A program made the position numbers and the translations under genes. Shown here one piece after another: positions 11,900 to 20,971 of a stretch of 34,611 bases of DNA (positions within the stretch are counted from its first letter, which is position 1; each line of letters opens with the position of its first letter). This stretch comes from Sandaracinaceae bacterium. GTDB taxonomy: Bacteria; Myxococcota_A; Polyangia; Polyangiales; Sandaracinaceae. The notes under the pieces are model-generated. The model saw nothing but the letters and a program-made list of their open reading frames with translations, was not told where the DNA came from and did not search any database. The DNA lies in assembly GCA_044220955.1 (NCBI GenBank), contig JBGAQA010000071.1:273-34883 (forward strand), read 5' to 3'.

Positions 11900-14662
11900 C
11901 TAGTGTGCGGCGCCCCAGCTCGCGCCCATGCCGGTCTCGACCAGCAACGGCACTCGCAGCTTCGCCGCGCGCTCCATCGTCTCGCGTACGAGCGTCGGTA
12001 GCACGTCGCGCTCGCTCTCGTGAACCTCGAGGACGAGCTCGTCGTGCACCGTCAGGATCATGCGGCTGCGCCGCTTGCCGGCGTCGAGCGCGGCCTCGAG
12101 GTCGACCATCGCGCGCTTGAGGATGTCGGCGGCGGTGCCCTGGATGGGGGTGTTGCGCGCGATGCGCTCGGCGGCCCAGCGCTCGGTGCGGTTGCGGCTC
12201 TCGAGGCCCGCGATCGCGCGCTTCCGGCCGGCCATCGTTCGCACGAAGCCGGTGCGGCGAGCGTCCTCGACCACGTCGTCGAGGTAGCGCGCGACGCCGG
12301 CGTACCGGTGGAAGAACGCCTGGATGTAGCGGCGCGCCTCCTGCGCATCGATGCCGAGGTTGCGCGCGAGGGCCGTCTCCGTCTGCCCGTAGATGACCGC
12401 GAAGTTCACGGTCTTGGCCTGCCCGCGCTGCTGCTTCGTCACCTGGTCCGGCGGCACCGCGAAGATCGCCGTCGCGGTGCGCACGTGCACGTCGGCGCCC
12501 ACGCCGAACGCGTCGACGAGCTCGGGGTCGCCGCTCAGGTGTGCCAGCAGGCGCAGCTCGATCTGGGAGTAGTCGGCCGAGAGGATGGAGAATCCGTCCG
12601 CGGCGATGAACGCGTCCCGGATGAGGCGCCCCTCCTCGGTACGGATCGGGATGTTCTGCAGGTTCGGCTCGCTCGACGAGAGGCGCCCGGTCGCGGCCAC
12701 GGCCTGGTTGAAGCGCGTGTGGACGCGGCCCGTGCGCGGATCGATCGCGGCCGGCAGCGCGTCGAGGTACGTGCTCTTCAGCTTCGTCAGCTGGCGCCAC
12801 TCGAGGATCACCTGGGGCAGCGGATGGAGCTCGGCGAGCTCCTCCAGCACCTCCGCGTCGGTCGAGCGTGCCGTCTTCGTGCGCTTCTTGGCGGGCAGAC
12901 CGAGCTCGTCGAAGAGGAGCGCCTCGAGCGCGCGCGGCGAGCCGACCTGCACCGGGTGGCCGACGATCTCCGCGCACTTCTGCTCGAGCCTCCCGATACG
13001 AACGTCGTACTCGCGGCTCGTGCGCGCGAGCGCCGCCGGCTCGACGCGCACGCCGACCTCCTCGATGTGCAAGAGCACGCGCGCGAGCGGTAGCTCGAGC
13101 TCGCGGTACACCGATCCGAGCAGGGTGTCGGCCTCGAGCGCCTCCGCCTCGGCGATCGCAGCGGGGATGAGCGCCCGGACCCGCGCGCAGCTCCAGCCCG
13201 CGACGCGCTCGACCTCCGCCTCCGACATGCGGCCGCGCGTCCCACGGGGACCCTTGGGCGTGACCTCGACCGCCGCGTCGAGCACGACGCCGACCTCGGC
13301 GCGCGCGACGTCCTCGATCGTGTGCGCGTGCTCGTCCGCGCGCAGCAGGTAGCTCGCGAGCATCGTGTCGACGTCACCCGGCCCGACCACCAGGTCGACG
13401 CCGTGGCGCCGCCAGATGAGCGCTTCGCGCTTTCCGTCGTGCACGAAGAGGGGCTTGCGCCGTCCGGCGATCGCCGCCGCGATCGCGCGCAGCGCGGCCT
13501 CGACTCCGAGCTGCGCGGGGCGCCCGAGGTAGACGTGCCCCAGCGGCACGTACGCGGCGCCCTCGCACCACGCGATCGCGACGCCGACCAGCGGAGAGCG
13601 GCGCGCGTCCTCCCCGTCGAGCGTGGTCGAGAGGGCCACGGCCGCGCTCGCCGTCGCCGCGCGCAGCACCGCGTCGAGCGACGCGGCGTCGAGGACGAGC
13701 TCCGGCGTGATCGAGGCGAGCGGCGCCGGCCTCGGCGCCCGCGGGATCGGGGCCTCGACAGGGCGCTGCGACGCGCCACCGTAGCGACGCTCGAGCTCGG
13801 TGAGCGGGCGGTCGAGCTCGAGCTCGCGGAAGATCGCTCGCAGCTTGGGCACGTCGGGCTCTCGGGGCACGAGCGTGTCGAGGTCGAGCACGACGGGCAC
13901 GTCCTCGCGTAGCGACACGAGCTGGCGGGACAGCTCGGCGAGCGCGCGGTTGTTCTCGAGCGTGGCGCGCAGCGCGGGCTTCTTCACCTCGCTCGCGCGC
14001 GCGAGGATCGTGTCGAGGTCCCCGTACTGCGACAGCAGCTCGACGGCGGTCTTGGGGCCGACCTTCGGGACGCCAGGGACGTTGTCCGAGCTGTCGCCGA
14101 CGAGCGAGAGGTAGTCGCGGACCTGCTCGGGTCGCACGCCGAGCTTCGCCACGGTCTCGTCGATGCCGTAGACCACCTCGCGCATCGCGTCGTGCATCAC
14201 GACGGGGCCGCCGACCAGCTGGAGCAAGTCCTTGTCTGCGCTCGCGATGACGACCAAGAGGTCCCGCCCGAGCGCATAGCGCACGACGGTCGCGATCACG
14301 TCGTCGGCCTCGAACCCCGGCGCCTCGAGACAAGCGAGGCCGTACGCCCTCGCGATCTCCTTCACCCGGATCGACTGGGGCGCCAGCTCGGGCGGACGCT
14401 CCTTCCGGGTCGCCTTGTAGTCGGGATAGAAGTCCTTTCGAAACGAACCCTCGGCCGAGTCGATCGCCACCGCGAAGTGGGTGGGCCGGCGATCTGCCAG
14501 GAGCTTCTGCAGCATCATCGTGACGCCGAGCACGGCGCCCGTCGGCTCGCCGCGGGTGCTCGTCAGCGGGGGCAACGCGTGAAACGCCCGGAAGACGTAC
14601 CCCGAAAGATCCAGGACGGTCAGGGTCCGCGGATCGCCCGGCGGGGGAAGCTCTGCCTTCAC
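11900..14662 (-). CDS. polA: DNA polymerase I
   Basis: 5'-3' exonuclease motifs (RAFHALP, YKATR, EADDVIAT, GDSSDNVPGVPKVGPKTA) and polymerase motifs TGRLSS..PNLQNIP, ADYSQIELR, AKTVNFAVIYG, TVHDELV. Confidence 0.98.
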   Translation of the reverse strand: MKAELPPPGDPRTLTVLDLSGYVFRAFHALPPLTSTRGEPTGAVLGVTMMLQKLLADRRPTHFAVAIDSAEGSFRKDFYPDYKATRKERPPELAPQSIRVKEIARAYGLACLEAPGFEADDVIATVVRYALGRDLLVVIASADKDLLQLVGGPVVMHDAMREVVYGIDETVAKLGVRPEQVRDYLSLVGDSSDNVPGVPKVGPKTAVELLSQYGDLDTILARASEVKKPALRATLENNRALAELSRQLVSLREDVPVVLDLDTLVPREPDVPKLRAIFRELELDRPLTELERRYGGASQRPVEAPIPRAPRPAPLASITPELVLDAASLDAVLRAATASAAVALSTTLDGEDARRSPLVGVAIAWCEGAAYVPLGHVYLGRPAQLGVEAALRAIAAAIAGRRKPLFVHDGKREALIWRRHGVDLVVGPGDVDTMLASYLLRADEHAHTIEDVARAEVGVVLDAAVEVTPKGPRGTRGRMSEAEVERVAGWSCARVRALIPAAIAEAEALEADTLLGSVYRELELPLARVLLHIEEVGVRVEPAALARTSREYDVRIGRLEQKCAEIVGHPVQVGSPRALEALLFDELGLPAKKRTKTARSTDAEVLEELAELHPLPQVILEWRQLTKLKSTYLDALPAAIDPRTGRVHTRFNQAVAATGRLSSSEPNLQNIPIRTEEGRLIRDAFIAADGFSILSADYSQIELRLLAHLSGDPELVDAFGVGADVHVRTATAIFAVPPDQVTKQQRGQAKTVNFAVIYGQTETALARNLGIDAQEARRYIQAFFHRYAGVARYLDDVVEDARRTGFVRTMAGRKRAIAGLESRNRTERWAAERIARNTPIQGTAADILKRAMVDLEAALDAGKRRSRMILTVHDELVLEVHESERDVLPTLVRETMERAAKLRVPLLVETGMGASWGAAH

Positions 14663-14746
14663 GCGGGGGTTTCTCGCCCGAGGGACCGGTCGAGGAGTAG
14701 CTGCGGAGTGCGTTTTCTCTTATCTTCGATCACGGGAGACTCTCCG

Positions 14747-16018
14747 GTGGCTCGACTCCGCGCGACGCGACGGAGCGCTCTCTTCTTCGTCGCGGCCCTC
14801 TTGATCGTCTCGCTCGCGGCGCAGGATGCGCTCTTCGCGTCGATCCGCGCCATCGCCCCGTCGGCGATCGCCGCCACGCCGCCGCCGGACCTCGGGGTGG
14901 CCATCTCGCTCGAGGACCCGGGCGGCCACGCCCTCGACCAGTTCCACGAGGCCCTGGGCCGCGCGGCCGCCTACCACGGGCAAGCGAGGGTGATCTGGTG
15001 GGGCGCGTCGCACACCGCGCCCGATCGCTACGTCGGGCTCGTGCGTCGAGCGCTGCAGGCCCGCTTCGGAGACGCGGGGCCCGGCTTCGTGGTGCCAGTG
15101 CGCCCCTTCGCGGGCTACGACACGAGCACCGCCCGGATCTCGTGGCACGGGGCTTGGCGCACGTTGCGCGGCGATCGCATGGCGGAGGGAGAGGCGTACG
15201 GCTTCGCGGGCTTCGCGGTCGAGTCGCTGATGGCCGGCGCGACGGGCGCACTCGACACGCGCGGTGCGCGCTGGGGCGAGAGGCCCGTGGGCTCGTACGA
15301 TGTCGCGTTCCTGCGGCAGCCGAACGGTGGCCGCTTCGAGGTCCGCATCGACGAACGGGCGGCCGCCGTCGTCGACACCCAGGGCGAGCTCGGCGCCGGC
15401 CACGCGCGCTTCCGCGTCCGGGACGCCGCACATCGAGTCGAGGTCCGAGTGCTCGACGACGCGCCAGTCCGACTCTTCGGCGTGTCCATGGAGCGGGATC
15501 GCTCCGGCGTCGTCGTCGACACCGTCGGCATTCCCGGGTCTCGCGCGCGCTCGCACCTGCGCTGGGATGACGCGACCTACCGCGCCGAGGTGCGCCGCCG
15601 GCGCCCCGACCTGGTGGTGCTCGCCTACGGGACGAACGAGAGCGAAGACACGAGCGTTCCCGCGCGTCGCTACGAGAGCGACCTCGCGCGCGTCGTGCGC
15701 CGCCTCCACCAGACCGTGCCCGGAGCCAGCTGCCTCCTCGTCGGCCCCTCCGACCGCCCCATCGCCAGCGGCCGCGAGGCGTGGTCTCCGAGGCCGCTGA
15801 CGCGCGAGGTGATCGCCGTGCAGCGACGGGTGGCGGCGAGCGCCGGCTGCGCGTTCTTCGACCTCTCCGCGTTCATGGGCGGCGAGATGTCGATGATGGA
15901 TTGGGTCGCGCACGACCCCCCCTTCGCGCTGCCCGACCACGTGCACTTCACGCCCGAGGGCCACGCTCGGCTCGCCGAGGTGATGACCGCCGCGCTGCTC
16001 GAGGGCTACGAACCGTAG
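14747..16018 (+). CDS. Exported SGNH/GDSL hydrolase or O-acetyltransferase-like protein, 423 aa
   Basis: N-terminal signal/TM; block I WGASHT, block III AYGTNE, block V DHVH (DxxH). GGGAG 8 nt before GTG 14747. Confidence 0.85.
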   Translation: MARLRATRRSALFFVAALLIVSLAAQDALFASIRAIAPSAIAATPPPDLGVAISLEDPGGHALDQFHEALGRAAAYHGQARVIWWGASHTAPDRYVGLVRRALQARFGDAGPGFVVPVRPFAGYDTSTARISWHGAWRTLRGDRMAEGEAYGFAGFAVESLMAGATGALDTRGARWGERPVGSYDVAFLRQPNGGRFEVRIDERAAAVVDTQGELGAGHARFRVRDAAHRVEVRVLDDAPVRLFGVSMERDRSGVVVDTVGIPGSRARSHLRWDDATYRAEVRRRRPDLVVLAYGTNESEDTSVPARRYESDLARVVRRLHQTVPGASCLLVGPSDRPIASGREAWSPRPLTREVIAVQRRVAASAGCAFFDLSAFMGGEMSMMDWVAHDPPFALPDHVHFTPEGHARLAEVMTAALLEGYEP

Positions 16019-16068
16019 CCGCGGGCGCGCTCGGGCGAACGGGCGCGAGCGAGAGGGTCGATCGATCC

Positions 16069-16902
16069 TCAGTGGCCGACGTGCGCCGAGGCGGCGAGGC
16101 GGATCATCGCGTCGCGATCGAGATCGCCCGTGAACGCGTAGGTCAGGCCGCCCATCTGCATCATCGGCACGGTGTAGCCGTGAACCGTCCGGTAGTAGAG
16201 GTCGTGGCCCTGCATCCGGACGTGATCGGCCCCACGGAACGCGTCGGGCGGTGGCTCGAACACCATCACCGTCACCCGGTGTCCGTGCACCTGGTAGTAG
16301 AAAGCGGCCGCGTCCCGCTCGCGCACGTTGGAGAGCCGGGCGCCGACGAGCTCGACGTCGCTGCGGCCGAAGTCGACCGGCCGCGCCGGGAACTCGAGCT
16401 TGCGCTGGAACCACGTGGCCATCTGGGAGGGCGAGCCCTGCACTTCGGGCGGGTGCTCGCGCTCGTGGCGCCGCACGACGTCCTCGAACACCGGGACCGC
16501 CGCCGCTTGCAGCGCGACCGCATCCTGCGAGTCGTCGGTCTGCGTCGCGAAGCCGAGCGCCACCACGGCGGCGGCCGCCGCCGGCAGCGCGTAGCGCGCG
16601 AGCCGGGAGTCCTGGCGAACCGGCGGCCGAGCTGCCCCGCCTCTGATGCTCGCCTCGGGCGGCGAGGGACGCGGCGCGGCGTCGAGCGCCGTCAGCACGC
16701 GAAGCCGGAGGTGCTCGGGCGCCGTCACGCCCCCGAGCGCGGCCCTCGTCGCCCGCTTCATCGACTGCGCGAACATCGCGTGCTCGCGGCAGAACACGCA
16801 CCCCGCCAGGTGCTTCTCGAACTCGATCTGGGCCGAGCTGTCCAGCTCGCCGTCCACCAGCGCGTCGACGTGCCTCTTCACGACGCGACAGGAGGTGGTC
16901 AT
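16069..16902 (-). CDS. Zinc-binding (ZAS/zf-HC2) transmembrane anti-sigma factor, 277 aa
   Basis: C…LVDGEL…HLAGCVFC (HxxxCxxC), [17 protein letters not shown], extracytoplasmic domain. ATGA overlap with the sigma gene stop. Confidence 0.9.
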   Translation of the reverse strand: MTTSCRVVKRHVDALVDGELDSSAQIEFEKHLAGCVFCREHAMFAQSMKRATRAALGGVTAPEHLRLRVLTALDAAPRPSPPEASIRGGAARPPVRQDSRLARYALPAAAAAVVALGFATQTDDSQDAVALQAAAVPVFEDVVRRHEREHPPEVQGSPSQMATWFQRKLEFPARPVDFGRSDVELVGARLSNVRERDAAAFYYQVHGHRVTVMVFEPPPDAFRGADHVRMQGHDLYYRTVHGYTVPMMQMGGLTYAFTGDLDRDAMIRLAASAHVGH

Positions 16903-17567
16903 CCGGCGATCTCCCGCGCGCGGCGGTAGGCGTCGAGCGAGACCGTCTCGGCGCCGGCCGCCTGCTTCGTGGGATCGACGATGCCCATCTCGATCGCTTG
17001 CTCCACGAGGCGTCCCTGCATGTGCTTCCGCGCGCGGTGCAGGCGCGACATGACCGTGCCGATGGGGCAGCCCACGATGTCCGCGATCTCCTTGTACGAG
17101 AGCTCCTCGATGTCCGCCAAGACGATCATCAGGCGGTGCTCTTCGGAGAGCTCGTCGAGCGCCTTCTGGATCTCCTGCGACACGAGCGACCGCATCGCGG
17201 CGTCCTCGGGCTCCGTGAGCGCCCGCATCGCCGCGCGGCTCATCACGCCCTCGCCCACCGGCTCCGCGTCGTCGCCGTCGAGGACCTTCCGCTCGCGCGT
17301 GTTCCGACGGTACTTGTTGATGAACGTGTTGGTCAGGATCCGCAGGAGCCACGCCCTGAGGTTGGTCCCGGGCTCGAAGCGGTCGTAGAAGCGGTAGGCC
17401 TTCAGGAAGGCGTCCTGGACGAGGTCGTCGGCATCCGCGGCCGAGCGAGTCAGGCGCAGCGCAGCGCCGTACATCGAGTCGAGGTAGGGCAGCGCCAGCT
17501 GGGCGAACTCCCCCTGCTCGAGCCCTCCGCGGCCCCGCTCGCCACCCTCGTCGTCGTCTCGCGCCAT
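16899..17567 (-). CDS. ECF RNA polymerase sigma factor (SigR/SigH-like)
   Basis: Region 2 [40 protein letters not shown]; region 4 [33 protein letters not shown]. Confidence 0.95.
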   Translation of the reverse strand: MARDDDEGGERGRGGLEQGEFAQLALPYLDSMYGAALRLTRSAADADDLVQDAFLKAYRFYDRFEPGTNLRAWLLRILTNTFINKYRRNTRERKVLDGDDAEPVGEGVMSRAAMRALTEPEDAAMRSLVSQEIQKALDELSEEHRLMIVLADIEELSYKEIADIVGCPIGTVMSRLHRARKHMQGRLVEQAIEMGIVDPTKQAAGAETVSLDAYRRAREIAG

Positions 17568-17651
17568 CTCGGTCCTTCAGGGCCCGACCACCCTCGCTTC
17601 CGCGAAAAGATGGAGAAAACCGGAGCCCGCGGTTCGCTGCCGCCCCCCCAG

Positions 17652-17677
17652 AACCCTGGTGGGCTGCCCGTCATTCC
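17652..17677 (-). promoter_or_regulatory. Putative autoregulatory ECF promoter (GGAAT-N18-GTT)
   Basis: Minus strand reads GGAAT (17677..17673), exactly 18 nt, GTT (17654..17652); about 85 nt upstream of the sigma ATG. Confidence 0.7.
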
Positions 17678-17738
17678 AAGTGAGTACGAAGCACCCTGGC
17701 CATCGTTGGATGGCATGCAAGGCCATACGCTTGGCGGG

Positions 17739-18395
17739 TCAGGCGTCTTTCGCGGGGGGCTCCGGGTCCCGCCGCTTCTGCTGGGCCGTGACGAGCTTCT
17801 GCTCGAGGTCCTCGATGCGGGCGGTGAGGCGCTTGACCTCGTTCTGCAGGTTGTGGACGTGGCTGATGGCCACCCCGAGCACGCTGCGGATCCGGTCGTC
17901 GGCGAGGCGCTGCAGCTCGTCGAAGGCCTCCTTGGGGCTCAGGATCCGCCGGTCCGCCTTCGCCGGCTCGGCGCTCGGCTCGGCGACGGCCGGGGCGGGC
18001 TCGGGCGGCTCGGGCGCGCTCTCGTCCTCGCGCCGGGCGATCAGCTTGCCGACCGGTCCCTCGCGCAGGGTCGTCATGATCCGCTCGCCGCTCTGCTGGA
18101 TCAGCCCTCGCAACGTGGACATCGTGGGGGAGGTTCGGCGCGCCTCCTCGCCCGACTTCCGCTCCTCTTCGTAGACGATCTGGGCGAGCGTGACGTTGGT
18201 GAGGTCTTCCTTCGTCGTGTTGTCGATGATGGAGACGTCCTCGCCCCGCCGCACGTACTCGGCGATCTGGAGCAAGGTCACGTAGCGGCTGTCCCGCGTG
18301 TCGTAGAGCTTCCGGTTCGCGTAGCGCTTGATGAGGCGCGTCGCGCGACCGGGGTCCTTCTCGCGTCCGCGCTCGGGCTGCTGAGGGGTGCTCAC
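17739..18395 (-). CDS. PhaR-like regulator (PHB/PHA accumulation regulator N-terminal DNA-binding domain) with a C-terminal coiled coil
   Basis: IKRYANRKLYDTRDSRYVTL..I…VR.GE…IID..T.EDLT…L.QI; C-terminal LQNEVKRLTARIEDLEQKL. Confidence 0.88.
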   Translation of the reverse strand: MSTPQQPERGREKDPGRATRLIKRYANRKLYDTRDSRYVTLLQIAEYVRRGEDVSIIDNTTKEDLTNVTLAQIVYEEERKSGEEARRTSPTMSTLRGLIQQSGERIMTTLREGPVGKLIARREDESAPEPPEPAPAVAEPSAEPAKADRRILSPKEAFDELQRLADDRIRSVLGVAISHVHNLQNEVKRLTARIEDLEQKLVTAQQKRRDPEPPAKDA

Positions 18396-18468
18396 TGAGG
18401 ATCGCAGTGCCAGAACCGACGCGGCGCGTCAAGCGTGTGTCGACCCGGAACCGGTGCATACTCGGAGC

Positions 18469-19221
18469 GTGCGCGTCGAATCCTCGCCATCGGCTCGGCT
18501 CGCCCGCCGCTGGGCGAGGGTCGTCGAAGCGGCCCACGACCCGATCCTGGCGGTGGGCTACCTGCGCAGCGAGCTGGCGGCCCCGCCGGGCCTCGTGGCG
18601 GGCGCCCTCGACGTGGTCCTCGCGGACGCCGCGGCGCGCGACGGCGCCGCCCAGGGCCTGCTGGTGGCGCTGAGCGCGGCCCTGGCGCCCATGGAGATGG
18701 CGGAGGTCCGCGAGCGTATCGCCCAGGCGGCGACCGAGGGGGGCCACCTCGCGGTGGGCGAGATCCTCGGCGCGCGGGGCGCGGCGCAGGCGTGTGGGGA
18801 CCAGGAGCGAGAGCGCATCCCCGACTTCGGCCGCGGGCGCCCGCTGGCCCTGGGGGAGCGCAAGTCGCTGGCGCGGCGGCGCGACCGGCAGCTGCTCGCG
18901 CGGGTGATCCGCGATCCGCACCCTGACGTGATCCGCGTGCTGCTCGACAACCCCGCCCTCACCCAGGACGACGTGGTCCGCCTCGTCGCGCGCCGCCCGA
19001 TCCCGGCGGACGTGCTGCGCGAGGTCGCCGCGAGCGTGCGCTGGATCGCCCGCTGCCACGTGCGCGCCGCGCTCCTCAAGAACCCCTTCGCGCCGCTCGA
19101 CCTCGCGCTTCCGCTCTTGCCGCTGGCGACCTCGAACGAGCTCGCCGAGCTCGCGACCTCGCCGGAGCTCGCCGTCGCGCTGCGCTCGATCGCGGCGCGT
19201 GGGGTGCGCACCCTGCACTGA
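18469..19221 (+). CDS. Hypothetical helical-repeat protein (LRV/DUF2336-like)
   Basis: DPHPDVIRVLLDNPALT and VRAALLKNPFAP repeats. GTG 18469 chosen because CATACT lies 6 nt upstream and it avoids overlap with the divergent gene. Confidence 0.72.
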   Translation: MRVESSPSARLARRWARVVEAAHDPILAVGYLRSELAAPPGLVAGALDVVLADAAARDGAAQGLLVALSAALAPMEMAEVRERIAQAATEGGHLAVGEILGARGAAQACGDQERERIPDFGRGRPLALGERKSLARRRDRQLLARVIRDPHPDVIRVLLDNPALTQDDVVRLVARRPIPADVLREVAASVRWIARCHVRAALLKNPFAPLDLALPLLPLATSNELAELATSPELAVALRSIAARGVRTLH

Positions 19222-19253
19222 CCGCGGGCGCGGCGGGGCGCACGAACGACGAA

Positions 19254-19279
19254 GGCCCGCAGCCGGGCGGCTGCGGGCC
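19254..19279 (-). terminator. Intrinsic terminator hairpin between convergent genes
   Basis: GGCCCGCAGCC-GGGC-GGCTGCGGGCC, a perfect 11-bp stem, followed on the minus strand by TTCGTCGTTCGT. Confidence 0.75.
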
Positions 19280-19309
19280 CCGTCGCGATCGGGCGCGCTC
19301 GGGCGCGTT

Positions 19310-20971
19310 CTAGGGGCCCGCCGGCACCTGCGTGACGTGGATGCCGTTCGTGACCATCGTCCCGGTCCGATCGATCCACCAGGATGCGACGAACGACTGG
19401 TCGCCGGCCGTGTTGAGCTCCTGCTCGACCCAGAAGCCGCTGTGCTGGCCCATGTCGAGCACGGCGTGCGTCCAGGCGCCCGCCGCGGACCGGCGCGCGA
19501 TCATCGTGCGCTCGGTGGTGGAGTCCTGGTAGGCCACCCGGACCTCGCCTCCGACGACGACCACCGAGCTGTCGTCGCCGACGATGTGCCGCCCGTCGGT
19601 GTACGCCATGGTGCCGTCGCTCGTGCTTCCGTCGTCCACGACCTCGCGCGTGATCGCGCCAGCCACGATGCGCGCGTAGCGCAGGACCTCTTCGGCGCCG
19701 TCGACGTACGTCACGTGCCAGGTGTCGGCTGCGTCGACGAAGATCGAGGCTCCCTGGCCGGAGTCACCCGTGCTCGGATCGGAGCGGCCGTAGCCGTCGA
19801 TCAGGAAGGGCGTGCCCCAGGTCGTGCCCGTCGCCGACACGCCGTAGAGGTTGCCCTCGGTGCGGTCGTAGTAGACGAGCGCCAGCCCCGCCGAGGTGCG
19901 CGCCAGGCGGGTGTAGAGGCCGTGTGCGGGGGTGAGATCCTCGACGTAGTCCGCGGCGAGGGCGGCGGTGCAGGTGCCGGCGACGCAGGCCTGCGTCGCG
20001 GAGCACGCCGGGGCGCACGTCCCGGTCGGCATGACGCAGCTGCCGCTCTCGAGGCAGCGCTGCCCCATCCCGCAGAGGTTGGGGCGGCAGGGGCTCGCCG
20101 CGTCGCCGATGCGGCTGATCGTCCAGTCGGCGGCGGCCATCGGAGCCGCGCTGCTCGCGACCGCGACGCGCACCTGGCTGTGCACGGCGCCCGTCGTCGC
20201 GTCGAGCTCGTAGCCGAGGTACGCGATCGCAGGCGCGCCCGAGGCCGTAAGCACGAGCGACGAGTAGCGGCCCGCGTCCCCCGTGTCGTCGACGGTCTGC
20301 ACGCGCCAGTCGCCCGGCAGCCCGATCGCCAGCCGAAGCGCGCCGTGCGTCGCGTCGTAATACGACACGAAGAGCTGCGTGCCGCTCGACGCGATCGAGG
20401 TCCAGAGGCCGACGTTGTCGCCGGGCGCCGCGACGCCGCCGCGCCACCCGCTCGGCGCTGCCGTGATGGGCGTGGCCGGAGCGCCATCGGCGATGTCCCA
20501 GTCGATCATGCCCAGCTCGCCGCCGGGGATCGTCGCGACCACCATGTCGCCGTAGTTCGTCGACGGCGGGTTGCCCGGGCTGTAGCCCGAGAGGAACTGG
20601 TCGCCTGCCGACGTGATCACGAAGTCGAGGTCGGTCGCGAGATACCCCGGGTTGAGCGGGGGACGCTCCATGCAGCGGCCACACGTGACGTGGCAGCTCG
20701 CGTCCATCATGATCATCGCCGCCGGGCACGTGAAGCCCGGCATGCAGAGGTCGTTCACGTTGTAGTCGACGCACATCTGCGTCGACTCGCAGCACTGCTG
20801 CCCCATGGGCGAACCCGGCGGCATCGCAGCCACGCACTCGTCGTTGCAGTGCACGCCCGGCGAGTCGGGCCTGACCCCCGAGTCGCCCGTCGGCCCGCTT
20901 CCGTCCGAGCAGCTACAGCCCATCGCCGCGCTGCTCAGGACGAGCAGCGCGATCACCCAAAGCGCGCGCAT
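19310..20971 (-). CDS. Lipoprotein with Cys-rich segments and about 7 beta-propeller-like repeats, 553 aa
   Basis: True start MRALWVIALLVLSSAAMG-CSC at 20971 (TGATG overlap with the upstream stop); repeats of G-x-x-(T/S)-S-(I/L)…(Y)YD…G-x-L. Confidence 0.85.
   Translation of the reverse strand: MRALWVIALLVLSSAAMGCSCSDGSGPTGDSGVRPDSPGVHCNDECVAAMPPGSPMGQQCCESTQMCVDYNVNDLCMPGFTCPAAMIMMDASCHVTCGRCMERPPLNPGYLATDLDFVITSAGDQFLSGYSPGNPPSTNYGDMVVATIPGGELGMIDWDIADGAPATPITAAPSGWRGGVAAPGDNVGLWTSIASSGTQLFVSYYDATHGALRLAIGLPGDWRVQTVDDTGDAGRYSSLVLTASGAPAIAYLGYELDATTGAVHSQVRVAVASSAAPMAAADWTISRIGDAASPCRPNLCGMGQRCLESGSCVMPTGTCAPACSATQACVAGTCTAALAADYVEDLTPAHGLYTRLARTSAGLALVYYDRTEGNLYGVSATGTTWGTPFLIDGYGRSDPSTGDSGQGASIFVDAADTWHVTYVDGAEEVLRYARIVAGAITREVVDDGSTSDGTMAYTDGRHIVGDDSSVVVVGGEVRVAYQDSTTERTMIARRSAAGAWTHAVLDMGQHSGFWVEQELNTAGDQSFVASWWIDRTGTMVTNGIHVTQVPAGP

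Noticed and set aside
8905..17352. N-terminal extensions on the hydrolase (to 10935), purN (from 10249), SGNH (from 14192) and anti-sigma (to 17352) ORFs
   Set aside because: The extensions overlap other real genes and lack family motifs. Downstream starts have SD, -10 or stop/start-overlap support.
16019..19305. Shared GC words in two convergent intergenic regions (CGGGCGCGCTCGGGCG at 16022 and 19290; CCGCGGGCGCG after the stops at 16018 and 19221) as a REP-like element
   Set aside because: Only two copies of almost pure G/C sequence in a very GC-rich genome; cannot be distinguished from chance without a genome-wide count.
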